Assembly: GCA_001781125.1 (NCBI GenBank)
Contig: MFKT01000029.1
Coordinates: 68,040-132,039, forward strand
DNA: 64,000 nucleotides
DNA from: Candidatus Kaiserbacteria bacterium RIFCSPHIGHO2_01_FULL_53_29
GTDB taxonomy: Bacteria > Patescibacteriota > Minisyncoccia > Phycocordibacterales > UBA2100
Direction of reading: 5' to 3'
A model generated the notes under the pieces. It was not told where the DNA came from. It saw nothing but the letters and a program-made list of their open reading frames with translations, and searched no databases. Position numbers and translations under genes: made by a program. Below are positions 46,375 through 55,972 of the stretch, in pieces. Position 1 is the stretch's first letter. Every line of letters starts with the position of its first letter.

Positions 46375-48195
46375 ATGAACAACAATACACGAGGGACCTG
46401 GCGCCGAAGCGTAGCTGCGGCGTCGGTCTCTCTTTTACTGGCCGCTCCTCTCCTCGCCTCGGCGCAAGTTTCTAACGACCCGCTCGGGCGACAGATAGTT
46501 GATAGAATATTCGCGCAGTTATGCGCGCGCGGGATCTTGAAATCTGCACGATGCCAGCCGCCGCCTCCTGCACCGGCGACGCTAACCCTCGTCAAAACGG
46601 TCGTGAACGACAACGGCGGCACGGCAACGACAACCGACTTTCAGGCGAAGATCGACGGAGTGAATGTAGCATGGGGTGTTGCGCAGACCGTGACGGCTGG
46701 TGCCCACATCGCTTCCGAAGTGAACATGGCCGGGTATATGGCTTCTTCTTGGGGTGGCGACTGTGCCGCTAACGGCACGATTACTCTCGCTGCAGGCGAG
46801 AACAAGACCTGCACGATAACCAACAACGACGATCCGCCGACTCCCCCTCCCGCCGGGCACCTCATTGTCGATAAGGTCACGCAGCCGGCGGAAAGCGCGA
46901 GAGAATTCGAAATTCTCGCTTCCGGCACTGGCACGATTACCGGCGGTGGAGCAGGAACGACTACGGATGCGACGAGCAAGAGTTACGAGGTGACAGCGGG
47001 CACCTACTCGGTAACGGAAACGGTGCCTGATGGCTGGACGATGGTGAGCAATACGTGCGTTGACGTTACGGTTGCTTCAGGGGAAACAGAAACCTGCGTC
47101 ATTACCAACGCGAAGTTGCCTACACTCACCGTCACAAAAGTAGTCGTGAACGACAACGGCGGTACGGCAACGACCTCGGACTTCATGCTCTTCGTGGATG
47201 GCATGATGACGACTTCAGGAGTTGCCACAACATCAACGATCGGCGCACACACGGTATCGGAAACAGCAAGCTCGACATACAGCATGTCTATCAGCGGAGA
47301 TTGCGCGGTAAATGGCTCCATTACGCTCGCCGCAGGTGATGTGAAGACTTGCACAATAACCAATGACGATAATCCGCCTGCGCCGCCGACGACAGGTACG
47401 ATTACCGTGATAAAAGTTGTGGTGAACGACGACGAGGGCACCGCAACTTCTTCCGACTCCATAATGCACCTCCACACGGTCGATCCATTGACTGATGTGA
47501 GCGGCTCTCCACAACCGGGGAGCGCCGATGGCACAACGTACAGTGACATTGCGCCCGGAACGTATCACGTCGAAGAAACGGACGGGCCGGATGGATACAC
47601 GACAGCCTTTGGAGGCGCTTGCGACTCCGATGGATTCATTACACTCGCCGCAGGCGAATCGAAGACCTGCACAGTAACCAATGACGACACTCCACCACAA
47701 GCCGAAGGGAAACTCTTGATCAATGAGGTACTCTATGACGTTAACACTTCGACACAAGGTGCAGAAGGAGATAACGAGTGGATCGAAATCTTCAATGGCA
47801 CAAACGCCGCGATCGACCTCGGGGGTTTCACTGTAAGTGACAATACGTCCACAACGACATTACCGGAAAGCACCATTCTCCCGAGCGATGCATATCTTCT
47901 CGTCTTTGCAACAACGACAACGGCGGACTTCTGGCCATCTATACCCGAAGGCACAATGATTGTTGTGGTGGAAGACGGGATAGGCCAACTAGGAAATGGT
48001 GGAGACCGGGTTATTCTGCGGAATTCAGAGGGTCAAGATGTGGACGGTGTGAGTTGGGGAAGCGACACAACGGTGCTCGATCCTTCCGTCCCAGTTGCTC
48101 TCGACGGCTACTCGATTGTGCGCCAAAGCCCGACAACTGATACCGACACCAACGCAGATTGGACCCAAACAATATCACCGACGCCGGGATCCTGA
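46375..48195 (+). CDS. Secreted surface protein with repeated Ig-like (VVNDNGGTATTSDF) domains and a C-terminal lamin-tail domain
   Basis: Signal peptide. At least three repeats of TVTKVVVNDNGGTATTSDF...GxH.VSE...GDC..NGSITLAAGxxKTCTITNDD. C-terminal LLINEVLYD...NEWIEIFNGT...LGGFTVSD...SDAYLLVFA matches LTD (PF00932). Confidence 0.65.
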   Translation: MNNNTRGTWRRSVAAASVSLLLAAPLLASAQVSNDPLGRQIVDRIFAQLCARGILKSARCQPPPPAPATLTLVKTVVNDNGGTATTTDFQAKIDGVNVAWGVAQTVTAGAHIASEVNMAGYMASSWGGDCAANGTITLAAGENKTCTITNNDDPPTPPPAGHLIVDKVTQPAESAREFEILASGTGTITGGGAGTTTDATSKSYEVTAGTYSVTETVPDGWTMVSNTCVDVTVASGETETCVITNAKLPTLTVTKVVVNDNGGTATTSDFMLFVDGMMTTSGVATTSTIGAHTVSETASSTYSMSISGDCAVNGSITLAAGDVKTCTITNDDNPPAPPTTGTITVIKVVVNDDEGTATSSDSIMHLHTVDPLTDVSGSPQPGSADGTTYSDIAPGTYHVEETDGPDGYTTAFGGACDSDGFITLAAGESKTCTVTNDDTPPQAEGKLLINEVLYDVNTSTQGAEGDNEWIEIFNGTNAAIDLGGFTVSDNTSTTTLPESTILPSDAYLLVFATTTTADFWPSIPEGTMIVVVEDGIGQLGNGGDRVILRNSEGQDVDGVSWGSDTTVLDPSVPVALDGYSIVRQSPTTDTDTNADWTQTISPTPGS

Positions 48196-48284
48196 AGCCG
48201 TTACTCCATCAAAGCTTTTTTCAGATCGAAATTGGTGGTTTGGTAGACGAAGTTGATCCATCAGCACCTGTTGTATTCGGGAGG

Positions 48285-49514
48285 TTATTTCCGCCTTGCC
48301 GCTCCAGCAGGTCTCTCATATACAGCCGAGAGTGTGCGTTGTAGTTGCTTGGCTATTTTGCCTATGCCTTTTACAGACTCCAACCCTCCTGCAACTCGTA
48401 TGTATCCTCCACACCTTGGGGAATACGAGACGCTCGTACGCTCAAATCCAAAGCTTTCCGCAATAAAGGTGCCTTTAAAAGCGCCCTCCTCTTCCAATGC
48501 GTAAAATAGCTCCTCCGTCGTGCAAAAAGAATTTTTTAGGGTTGAGATAAAAAACACCGGAGCAATACCGTCACGGTACTTTTTTTGCACATACGTACGA
48601 TTGTCGTGCTGCGGGAGTGTGGGATAACCGACCGTGAATACGTTGTCGCTTCCCTGCGTCTCATTGCAGGCTTCTGCGAGGAATTTGGTGTTCTGCATTG
48701 TGAGCGTATTTCTCCTATCGAACTGTGTTTTTGTGCGGGGAAGCAATTGTTCGAAGCGTTCTATGAGAGACGGACCCGGTGTCGCCCCGCTGCGTTTCCG
48801 TTTCGTTAACAATTTTTGCAAAAGATCGTCACGATACGTAAATAATATTCCCCCCAAGTCCTGATTGAACAGGTAAAATTTTGTAGCGCTCTCAAGCGCA
48901 ACAACTTTCAACGGAGAACGTTTCAGGTAAGGAGCCAGAGAAATGATCGAGCTTGTAGGAAGCGTGTTATCCACGAGTATCAAGGGATCGATCTTTCGCA
49001 GAATCGGTAACGACAAAAATCGCTCTATATCTAAGACCGGCATGTCGGGGCCGTTTCCCACGGTTTCCAAAAAGATAACCTTTATGCGCTCTTTCGAATA
49101 TCGGGCAACAGTCTGTTTGAGCACTGATGCAAGGGCACTGCTGTCCCCTACGTTCACTTCAATCGGGATTACCCCTCTTTCCCGCAGATCTATATTGAGG
49201 TAGTTATAAATCTGTCCGTACTCGACCGTTCCGTGAATGACCACATCGCCCCGCGTCAATGCTGCAGTGTCCAGCGCAGTAATGAATGCTGACATGCCGG
49301 AAGTGGTAAGTGCGAGGTGCCCCTTGTCTACGCCGGTCAATTTTGCGACGGCATTTTCGAGATCCGCAAGCCGTGATGAGCCGCCGCGAAAGTAGAATGT
49401 GTCATGCCGGTACTTATTTTCGTCCTGCCGCTTATACGCGGGAACAAACTCTCGCGCCGTTCTGTATGCAAATAACGGAGTTTGTCTCTTGCTTTCACGC
49501 CGCGCCTTCTTCAT
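48285..49514 (-). CDS. Divergent Cys/Met-metabolism PLP-dependent enzyme family member
   Basis: 409 aa. The ESATKFY lysine motif and overall length are consistent with a fold-type I trans-sulfuration family enzyme. Lower GC than neighbouring genes. Confidence 0.55.
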   Translation of the reverse strand: MKKARRESKRQTPLFAYRTAREFVPAYKRQDENKYRHDTFYFRGGSSRLADLENAVAKLTGVDKGHLALTTSGMSAFITALDTAALTRGDVVIHGTVEYGQIYNYLNIDLRERGVIPIEVNVGDSSALASVLKQTVARYSKERIKVIFLETVGNGPDMPVLDIERFLSLPILRKIDPLILVDNTLPTSSIISLAPYLKRSPLKVVALESATKFYLFNQDLGGILFTYRDDLLQKLLTKRKRSGATPGPSLIERFEQLLPRTKTQFDRRNTLTMQNTKFLAEACNETQGSDNVFTVGYPTLPQHDNRTYVQKKYRDGIAPVFFISTLKNSFCTTEELFYALEEEGAFKGTFIAESFGFERTSVSYSPRCGGYIRVAGGLESVKGIGKIAKQLQRTLSAVYERPAGAARRK

Positions 49515-49782
49515 ATTTCTTTTTTTGGGTCGAATAAACGAAAAAACCAGTCCGAGGACTGGTTTGATTGGTTCTCTGGTATTTTGACGTTATCGAGAAG
49601 CAATGCAAATCAGTCCCTTGACTGAGACATCATCATTGCCATCATGCGGTGAGTTACGTTTGCAAGCATATAAGGGCAGGATACCAACAACTAAAAGCCG
49701 GTCAAGGGTCTGTATGACCCCAAACATGCTCTGTAAACATAAACTGGCTCAAAAGCTACAAATCCTATACGATGGGTCTATC

Positions 49783-50922
49783 ATGAAAGTCCGCACGAAA
49801 TCAGTGCATACCGGCGTCAAGATCGACAAAACGTTCAATTCTGTCATTACGCCTCTGTACCCGACTTCGACTTTCTTTTTTGATAAAATCGGCAAGAACA
49901 AAGGCTTCGACTATACGAGGAGCGGCAATCCCACCCGCGCGGCATTAGAGAAAAATATCGCAGCACAAGAGGGCGGCGTCGACTGTTCGGTAACAGCAAC
50001 CGGCATGTCTGCCATTACTGCGGTCATGTTCTTTTTGAAGCCGGGCGACCACGTTATCGCGAGCAATGATATTTACGGCGGCACCTACCGACTGTTTGAT
50101 GATGTTCTGAAATCCAGAGGCCTTACATTTTCGTTCGTCGACATGCGGAATTTGGAGCGCGTGAAGAGGAGTATCACCTCGAAGACAAAAATGATCTGGA
50201 TCGAAACGCCATCGAATCCGCTCCTGAACATCGTCGACATTAAGGGAATCGTGGCTATCGCAAAGAAGAAAAAGATCCTCACCGTGGCGGACAACACCTT
50301 TCTGTCTCCCTATTTCCAGAAGCCGCTCAAGCTCGGCGTTGATATCGTCGTGCACTCTACCACCAAATACATCAACGGTCACAGCGATGTCGTAGGAGGA
50401 GCTATCGTTTACTCCACGAAAGCCTTGCAAGAGCGCGGTCGCTACCTTGTGAATGCGCTCGGTGTTTCAGGATCACCCTTTGACGCATGGCTTGTTTTGC
50501 GCGGCGTAAAAACCTTGGCTCCGCGCATGGAAATACACCAAAGCAACGCGCTGCTCGTCGCGCAATATTTAGAAGGACACCCCAACGCCAAGAAGGTTTA
50601 TTATCCAGGGCTCGCAAGTCACCCGCAGCAGGATCTCATCAGGAAACAGATGACCGGTTTCGGCGGCATGCTCACCTTCGAACTGAACACCAAAAAGGTA
50701 TCTCTCGACGGATTTTTGAAGAAAATGAAAGTCTTTACGCTTGCGGAGTCGCTCGGCGGAGTGGAATCACTCGTCGAGATACCCTGGTACATGAGCCATG
50801 CGTCAATGGGTGCGGCAGGTCTCAAAGCTTCCGGTATTACTCGTGAAATGGTCCGGGTATCCGTCGGGATCGAAGATGCCGAAGATCTTATCGCGGATCT
50901 GGGCCAAGCCTTAAAGGCGTGA
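49783..50922 (+). CDS. Cystathionine gamma-synthase/beta-lyase (MetB/MetC/MetZ family)
   Basis: YTRSGNPTRAALE, the ATGMSAITAV motif, the PLP lysine motif HSTTKYINGHSDVVGG, and the C-terminal GIEDAEDLIADL. Start at MKVRTKSVH. Confidence 0.85.
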   Translation: MKVRTKSVHTGVKIDKTFNSVITPLYPTSTFFFDKIGKNKGFDYTRSGNPTRAALEKNIAAQEGGVDCSVTATGMSAITAVMFFLKPGDHVIASNDIYGGTYRLFDDVLKSRGLTFSFVDMRNLERVKRSITSKTKMIWIETPSNPLLNIVDIKGIVAIAKKKKILTVADNTFLSPYFQKPLKLGVDIVVHSTTKYINGHSDVVGGAIVYSTKALQERGRYLVNALGVSGSPFDAWLVLRGVKTLAPRMEIHQSNALLVAQYLEGHPNAKKVYYPGLASHPQQDLIRKQMTGFGGMLTFELNTKKVSLDGFLKKMKVFTLAESLGGVESLVEIPWYMSHASMGAAGLKASGITREMVRVSVGIEDAEDLIADLGQALKA

Positions 50923-50952
50923 AATATTGTGCGACGTATGCGGTACAATTGA

Positions 50953-51945
50953 GTGATGGCGGGCGATCTCAAATCCCTCAAAACGCAATTCCTCGAATAC
51001 ATCGAGATAGAAAAAGGGCGCAGTGTAAAGACGGTCGAGAATTACGACCGGTATCTGCGGCGATTCTTGGATTATGCGTCCGCCAAAGGCGGATCCGCCT
51101 CCGGCGGAAAAGTTTTAATGCCGAGCCAGATAACCGAGCAAATGGTGCGTGAATTTCGCATCACTTTGAATCGTTCAAGCGGGGTATCCGGCACGATGAA
51201 GAAGAATACGCAGAATTATCACCTCATCGCGCTGCGCGCTTTTCTCAAATTCCTCCGTAAGCGTGATATTGAGTCTCTGAATCCGGAGCGAATCGAGCTT
51301 GCAAAAACGAGTGGGCGCGATCTGGATTTGATTACCAGTGCAGAACTTGATCGTTTGATGGCGGCCCCCTCCTCCGCTAAAGCTTCGGAGGGCAAGGATG
51401 AGCTCGCGGCGTTGCGCGACCGCGCGATATTAGAGTTATTATTCTCAACCGGCTTACGCGTCTCAGAATTGTGCGGGCTGAATCAGGATATCGATCTCTC
51501 GCGCGATGAATTTTCCGTGCGCGGCAAGGGGGAGAAAGTGCGGGTCGTATTTCTCTCCCCTTCCGCCAAAAAAGCGGTTGCGGAGTATATCAAAAGACGC
51601 GGGGACATGTCGGAAGCCTTGTTCGTCAGCTATGGTCGAGTTGGAATAAAGAAATCGGCCCAAGGCCGATCCGCCTCGGGCGGAGATCTTCCACGCATCA
51701 CTGCCCGCTCGATCGAGCGATTGGTAAAACAGTACGCGATCAATGCCGGCATCACACGAAAGGTCACCCCGCACGTGATCAGGCATAGTTTTGCGACCGA
51801 CTTACTCGAGAATGGAGCCGACCTGCGCTCGGTGCAAGCGCTTCTAGGGCATGCAAATATCGCAACGACACAGGTCTATACACACGTCACCGACAAACAC
51901 CTAAAAGAAATACACAAAGCTTTCCACGGAAAGAGAAGGGCATAG
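50953..51945 (+). CDS. xerC: Tyrosine recombinase XerC/XerD family, with two in-frame palindromic insertions
   Basis: N-terminal core-binding domain. Catalytic residues in RDRAILELLFSTGLRVSE ... HVIRHSFATDLLENGADLRSVQALLGHANIATTQVYTHV. Insertions encode SAKGGSASGGK and AQGRSASGGD. Confidence 0.8.
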   Translation: MMAGDLKSLKTQFLEYIEIEKGRSVKTVENYDRYLRRFLDYASAKGGSASGGKVLMPSQITEQMVREFRITLNRSSGVSGTMKKNTQNYHLIALRAFLKFLRKRDIESLNPERIELAKTSGRDLDLITSAELDRLMAAPSSAKASEGKDELAALRDRAILELLFSTGLRVSELCGLNQDIDLSRDEFSVRGKGEKVRVVFLSPSAKKAVAEYIKRRGDMSEALFVSYGRVGIKKSAQGRSASGGDLPRITARSIERLVKQYAINAGITRKVTPHVIRHSFATDLLENGADLRSVQALLGHANIATTQVYTHVTDKHLKEIHKAFHGKRRA

Positions 51946-52309
51946 GCTTTTCACGCCTGCCCCGTAGTCAGCTCTGCTGTACTGCGGGGGCAAACGCCGG
52001 AAGTGATCTACCGCGCGAGGCGCAGAGCAATGTGGCGCGGGTAGCGGGAGATATGGACGATATTGGGGTAACGCGGCGCCTCTGCCTTGCGCGGGGTGAG
52101 GACGCGGAATGCACCGGCATGATCGTGCCTGACCGCGTTGAACGTATTCCACTCGCGCGCGCCTTGTTCGCGCGGCGAGGCGAACAAATACATCTGATTT
52201 TGTGAGATAGGATTTTTCATATTTTTTAAGGCAACCTGCCTATGACCTGTAAGACGTGCTACTTCCCTGCGCATTACATTATCTATTAGGCCCCATGATG
52301 TTTGTGTGA

Positions 52310-52378
52310 ACCCCGTTAGAAATCGCGCCCGCGCTTGCGCGCCCGAAGGGCCTCGGGCGGGCTATTTCTAACGGGGTG
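52310..52378. repeat. ACCCCGTTAGAAAT / ATTTCTAACGGGGT inverted-repeat element immediately upstream of xth
   Basis: Perfect 14-bp terminal inverted repeats with a 40-nt GC-rich spacer. Ends 25 nt before the xth start. Confidence 0.8.
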
Positions 52379-52402
52379 AAACGCACATGGTATCGTATTC
52401 AG

Positions 52403-53200
52403 GTGAAACTCATCTCATGGAATGTGAACGGCATTCGAAGTGTGCATAAAAAAGGCGCGCTTGTCCCATTTCTCGAAAAGATGAAACCCGATATCGTATG
52501 CTTCCAAGAGACGAAGGCAGAGGAGCATCAATCAGAGGTTGATTTGCCGGATTACGAGGAATACTGGAACTCCTCTAAGGGCCGCAAAGGCTACGCGGGT
52601 ACAGCGATTTTCTCTAAACCGAAGCCTTTGAGCCTTATTTTCGGATTTCCGGAGGAAATACTGGAGAAATATAAGCTCAATGATGGATACGGGGATCCGA
52701 ATGAAGAGGGTCGTGTTATTTCAGCTGAATTCGAAGACTTTTGGGTGGTCAATGTGTATACCCCGAATGCGAAGCCCGATTTGAGCCGTCTTCCGCTTCG
52801 TCACAAGCTCTGGGACCCAGCGTTTCTGGCCTTTTTGAAGCATCTTGAGAAGGGAAAGCCTGTTATTTTCTGTGGCGACTTGAATGTAGCGCACACGCCG
52901 GATGATCTGGCGAACCCAAATGCCAATGAAGGCGAGCATGGTTTTACCAAAGAGGAACGGGAAGGCATCGATACGCTCATTGCTGCCGGATTCGTGGATG
53001 CTTTCCGACTTTTTACAAAAGGCGGTGGCCATTACACCTGGTGGACTCACTTTGCCAACGCCAGAGCGCGGAATGTCGGTTGGCGCATCGATTATTTCTT
53101 TGTGAGCAAGAGTCTCGTGCCAAGGGTCCGCTCGGTCAAGATCTACCCTGACGTAATGGGCTCTGATCATTGTCCTGTGTCATTAGAGCTTGATTTCTAG
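52403..53200 (+). CDS. xth: Exodeoxyribonuclease III (Xth/APE1 family), GTG start
   Basis: MKLISWNVNGIRS, QETK, and the C-terminal SDHCPV match the exonuclease III catalytic motifs. Confidence 0.85.
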   Translation: MKLISWNVNGIRSVHKKGALVPFLEKMKPDIVCFQETKAEEHQSEVDLPDYEEYWNSSKGRKGYAGTAIFSKPKPLSLIFGFPEEILEKYKLNDGYGDPNEEGRVISAEFEDFWVVNVYTPNAKPDLSRLPLRHKLWDPAFLAFLKHLEKGKPVIFCGDLNVAHTPDDLANPNANEGEHGFTKEEREGIDTLIAAGFVDAFRLFTKGGGHYTWWTHFANARARNVGWRIDYFFVSKSLVPRVRSVKIYPDVMGSDHCPVSLELDF

Positions 53201-53434
53201 GCCTTTTTTAAAGGACATACGAGTTCCCTTAGTTATCAACAGCATGTCCTTTACAGTGTCCGATACAGGCGTATTCTTATCGATGGCCGCTCTTTGACTC
53301 AAAGTCGTCCTAAATCCCATCTGGGACGTGTACAAAATTCCATAGCTACTAAATATTACGGCGACCTCTGTCGTCGATTGGATGCCCTGGTAATTTTTGT
53401 CGAGATCTAGTTTGGGTACGACACGAGTCGTATA

Positions 53435-53494
53435 AAGGCCGCTCACAGCGGCGGGTTCAAGAGAGAAAAGACCCGCCTAGTGAGCGGCTTTTTC
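53435..53494. terminator. Bidirectional terminator hairpin between convergent xth and cca
   Basis: aaaggccgctcac ... gtgagcggcttttt with a nested gcgggt...acccgc inner hairpin. T-tract on the plus side and A-tract on the minus side. Confidence 0.6.
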
Positions 53495-53506
53495 TATGTT
53501 TCGAAT

Positions 53507-54982
53507 TCAACTGACGTGGTGTTTGTCGCGCAATTTTTGAACAGCAGCTTCGTCTTCTTCTTCCCGCCGGTCTTTTCCCGCTTCTCCCAATTTTTTCAGC
53601 TCGGCTTCCGGAAGTACCATAAGTTCGTCAGTTCTTTTTTCCAGATATTCTTCGGTGTTTTTTTGCGGATCGTCCAGCACCTCTTCGAGGAGTGCGTGCA
53701 ATATCCAGCCGATGCGGGGACCGGGTTTTTCACCAATCTCGATAATCTTTGCGCCATCGATCTTGAGCATTGAGACGGAAACAGGGTCGCGCATGGCCTC
53801 ATCCACCATCGACATGTATTTGCGCAAGCGGAACGGATGCGCCTTGGGCCGGCCGGTGCCTATCCTGTCGCACACGCGCAAATTGAGAAGATCGGTGATG
53901 TTCTCTTTTCCCACCCGCGAGATGACACGGCGCACGGCCGAGAGCGTTATCACATCGGGATCGGAGAAAAACATGTGCAGGCGCACGAGTGTCGTTACTT
54001 TTTCGATCGTTTCTTTCGGAAATCGCAGATCATTCAGGATTTTTTTCGCCATGCGCGCGCTCACGACATCGTGCCCGTAGAAGGTCCAATCTTTTTTCTC
54101 ATCCGACCATACACGCGTCGCGGGCTTCCCCACATCGTGCAACAGCGCGGCGAGGCGCACGTCGAGTGGCCATTTTTTGTCGGCTGCGTGCTGAAGGCTT
54201 CGCATCAAGTGCTCGAAGACATCAAATGAGTGCGCCTGATTTTGCGCGCAGCCGATGCCCTCCTCAAGTTCGGGGATGACATACTTCAAAATGCCGAGCT
54301 TCTGAGCTACATACAGAGCCTGCATCGGCCGATCACTTTCGAGAATGCGTACGAGCTCATCGCGCACGCGCTCACGCGAGATTTTCGCGAGTTGCACCGC
54401 CTGCGCGGCAATTCCTTCAGCGGTCTTCGCTTCGAGCACAAAATCAAGTTCGGCTGCGATGCGCACGGCGCGAAGCATGCGCAGTGCATCTTCTTCGAAT
54501 CGCTCCTGCGGATCGCCGACCGTCTTCACGCGCTTTGCTGCGAGGTCATCTTTGCCCCCGTGCTCGTCGACGAGCTCGCCTTTTGCCGGATCGTACGCTA
54601 TCGCGTTAATGGTGAAATCGCGGCGCTTCAGATCCTCCGAAAGTTTGTCGCTGAATTTCACTTCATCCGGATGCCGCGCGTTGGAGTACTTCCCTTCGAT
54701 GCGATATGGCGTTATTTCGATCACTTTCAATCGCGGATTTTCCGACTGCGTAACGACGCCGACGGTGCCGAAATCGTTCTCATAAAATGTTTCTTCAAAA
54801 AGTTTCTGAATTTCATCGGGCTTGGCATTGGTCGTGATGTCCCAGTCCTTCGGCTCGCGACCAAGTATCAAATCGCGCACGCATCCGCCGACGAGATACG
54901 CCTCAAACCCGGCTTTCCGCAACGTGTCGTGGAGTGCGAGAACTTCCGGCGGTACCGCAAGCTTTATTTCCATATCGCTCAT
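53507..54982 (-). CDS. cca: CCA-adding tRNA nucleotidyltransferase with an HD domain
   Basis: Pol-beta NT motif GGCVRDLILGREPKDWDITT, RRDFTINA, and the HD motif LLHDVGK. 491 aa. Confidence 0.85.
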   Translation of the reverse strand: MSDMEIKLAVPPEVLALHDTLRKAGFEAYLVGGCVRDLILGREPKDWDITTNAKPDEIQKLFEETFYENDFGTVGVVTQSENPRLKVIEITPYRIEGKYSNARHPDEVKFSDKLSEDLKRRDFTINAIAYDPAKGELVDEHGGKDDLAAKRVKTVGDPQERFEEDALRMLRAVRIAAELDFVLEAKTAEGIAAQAVQLAKISRERVRDELVRILESDRPMQALYVAQKLGILKYVIPELEEGIGCAQNQAHSFDVFEHLMRSLQHAADKKWPLDVRLAALLHDVGKPATRVWSDEKKDWTFYGHDVVSARMAKKILNDLRFPKETIEKVTTLVRLHMFFSDPDVITLSAVRRVISRVGKENITDLLNLRVCDRIGTGRPKAHPFRLRKYMSMVDEAMRDPVSVSMLKIDGAKIIEIGEKPGPRIGWILHALLEEVLDDPQKNTEEYLEKRTDELMVLPEAELKKLGEAGKDRREEEDEAAVQKLRDKHHVS

Positions 54983-55021
54983 TGTAGTGCATTATAGGCG
55001 TTACGCCTGCATGCGCAGACA

Positions 55022-55095
55022 GGCTCCCGTGGTGAAACGGATATCACATCAGTCTTCGGAACTGACGTTCCAGGTTCGAATCCTGGCGGGAGCAC
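55022..55095 (+). tRNA. tRNA-Arg (anticodon TCG)
   Basis: Manual fold: acceptor GCTCCCG/CGGGAGC, D-stem GTGA/TCAC, anticodon stem TCAGT/ACTGA with loop CTTCGGA, T-arm CCAGG-TTCGAAT-CCTGG, discriminator A, encoded CC. Confidence 0.8.
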
Positions 55096-55143
55096 CGAAC
55101 GTTTTGTGCCGTACACTTCGAAGCTCCTTTAGGAGCGAAGTAG

Positions 55144-55214
55144 TGCGGGTATGGAGAATCGAACTCCAGCTTTGACATTGGCAATGTCATGTTCTACCAC
55201 TAAACTACACCCGC
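55144..55214 (-). tRNA. tRNA-Gly (anticodon GCC)
   Basis: Minus-strand sequence GCGGGTGTAGTTTAGTGGTAGAACATGACATTGCCAATGTCAAAGCTGGAGTTCGATTCTCCATACCCGCA folds as a canonical cloverleaf with anticodon loop TTGCCAA. Confidence 0.8.
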
Positions 55215-55901
55215 AACGTGCCCTATACTCGCATAATATTTCCTGCTCATCAACTCGTGGGGCATTAGTCGCAGCCACTCCAGAATTTTCTCCTTGAAAT
55301 AGGTACTTAAGACAAAAATGCTGCAAACCCCATACGAAAGCTTTCTTGTTTTGTGTCGACCTCGGATAGTGACACATTTATGAAAATTCTGAATTTTTAT
55401 GTTTGATCGTGTCGACCAGTACTCTCGACATCCCTCCGGATCCAAATCTGGATAAATCAACACCGAAGCTCCTATCCTCTCTGACGGAACTCGGCAAGCA
55501 TTTTTCAGAAAAAACACAAACAGTCGTATGAGTTCAGGATCTGTATTAGCGAGTCGGACCTGACCGCGTGTGCGTTTATCACCCTCTCCCCAATAGAGCA
55601 TTACTCCGGCAATGAAGAGAGGGTTGTATTTCAATGCCCCGAACTCGACTCGAGCTTCCCGCCGCGCTTGTGCGTACGCTCGGGCGAGACGCTTCCCCCG
55701 TATCGCGTCAAGCGCGATCATGTGATGGGTACTCTCGACCTGCGCCGTGCGGGCGAGTTCGGCCTTCAGTTTTCTGGACCAATTGACCTTTGAAAACCAG
55801 TCGGAGAGCGTTGCTCTTGGAATTTGCAGTTCCGCCATTATCTTCCGATAGCTCTTTCCGGACTTGCGCAGTTTAAAAGCGGCTCTCTTATCCTCGCGCA
55901 T
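55200..55901 (-). CDS. HTH plus LAGLIDADG-like homing-endonuclease-family protein; stop codon lies inside tRNA-Gly(GCC)
   Basis: Start at MREDKRAAFKLRK. Resolvase-type HTH SYRKIMAELQIPRATLSDWF. MLYWGEGDKRTRGQVRLANTDPELIRLFVFFLKNACRV resembles the LAGLIDADG motif-helix-strand of I-DmoI-type enzymes. Paralog of 60338..61021. Confidence 0.6.
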   Translation of the reverse strand: MREDKRAAFKLRKSGKSYRKIMAELQIPRATLSDWFSKVNWSRKLKAELARTAQVESTHHMIALDAIRGKRLARAYAQARREARVEFGALKYNPLFIAGVMLYWGEGDKRTRGQVRLANTDPELIRLFVFFLKNACRVPSERIGASVLIYPDLDPEGCREYWSTRSNIKIQNFHKCVTIRGRHKTRKLSYGVCSIFVLSTYFKEKILEWLRLMPHELMSRKYYASIGHVAGVV

Positions 55902-55972
55902 TGCTACAGGATACCACGGGGGTTCGATTCCTGTTATCCACCGCGTGCGGATGGTACCAGCAAGGGGCTGGC

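Noticed and set aside
52008-52274. 88-aa minus-strand ORF in the 430-bp xerC-xth spacer
   Set aside because: No start context, Arg-rich, and no family resemblance. The region may instead hold regulatory DNA for xth, including the inverted-repeat element.
53183-53446. 87-aa minus-strand ORF between xth and cca
   Set aside because: Overlaps the xth 3' end and the bidirectional terminator hairpins. The atypical composition is more consistent with non-coding sequence.
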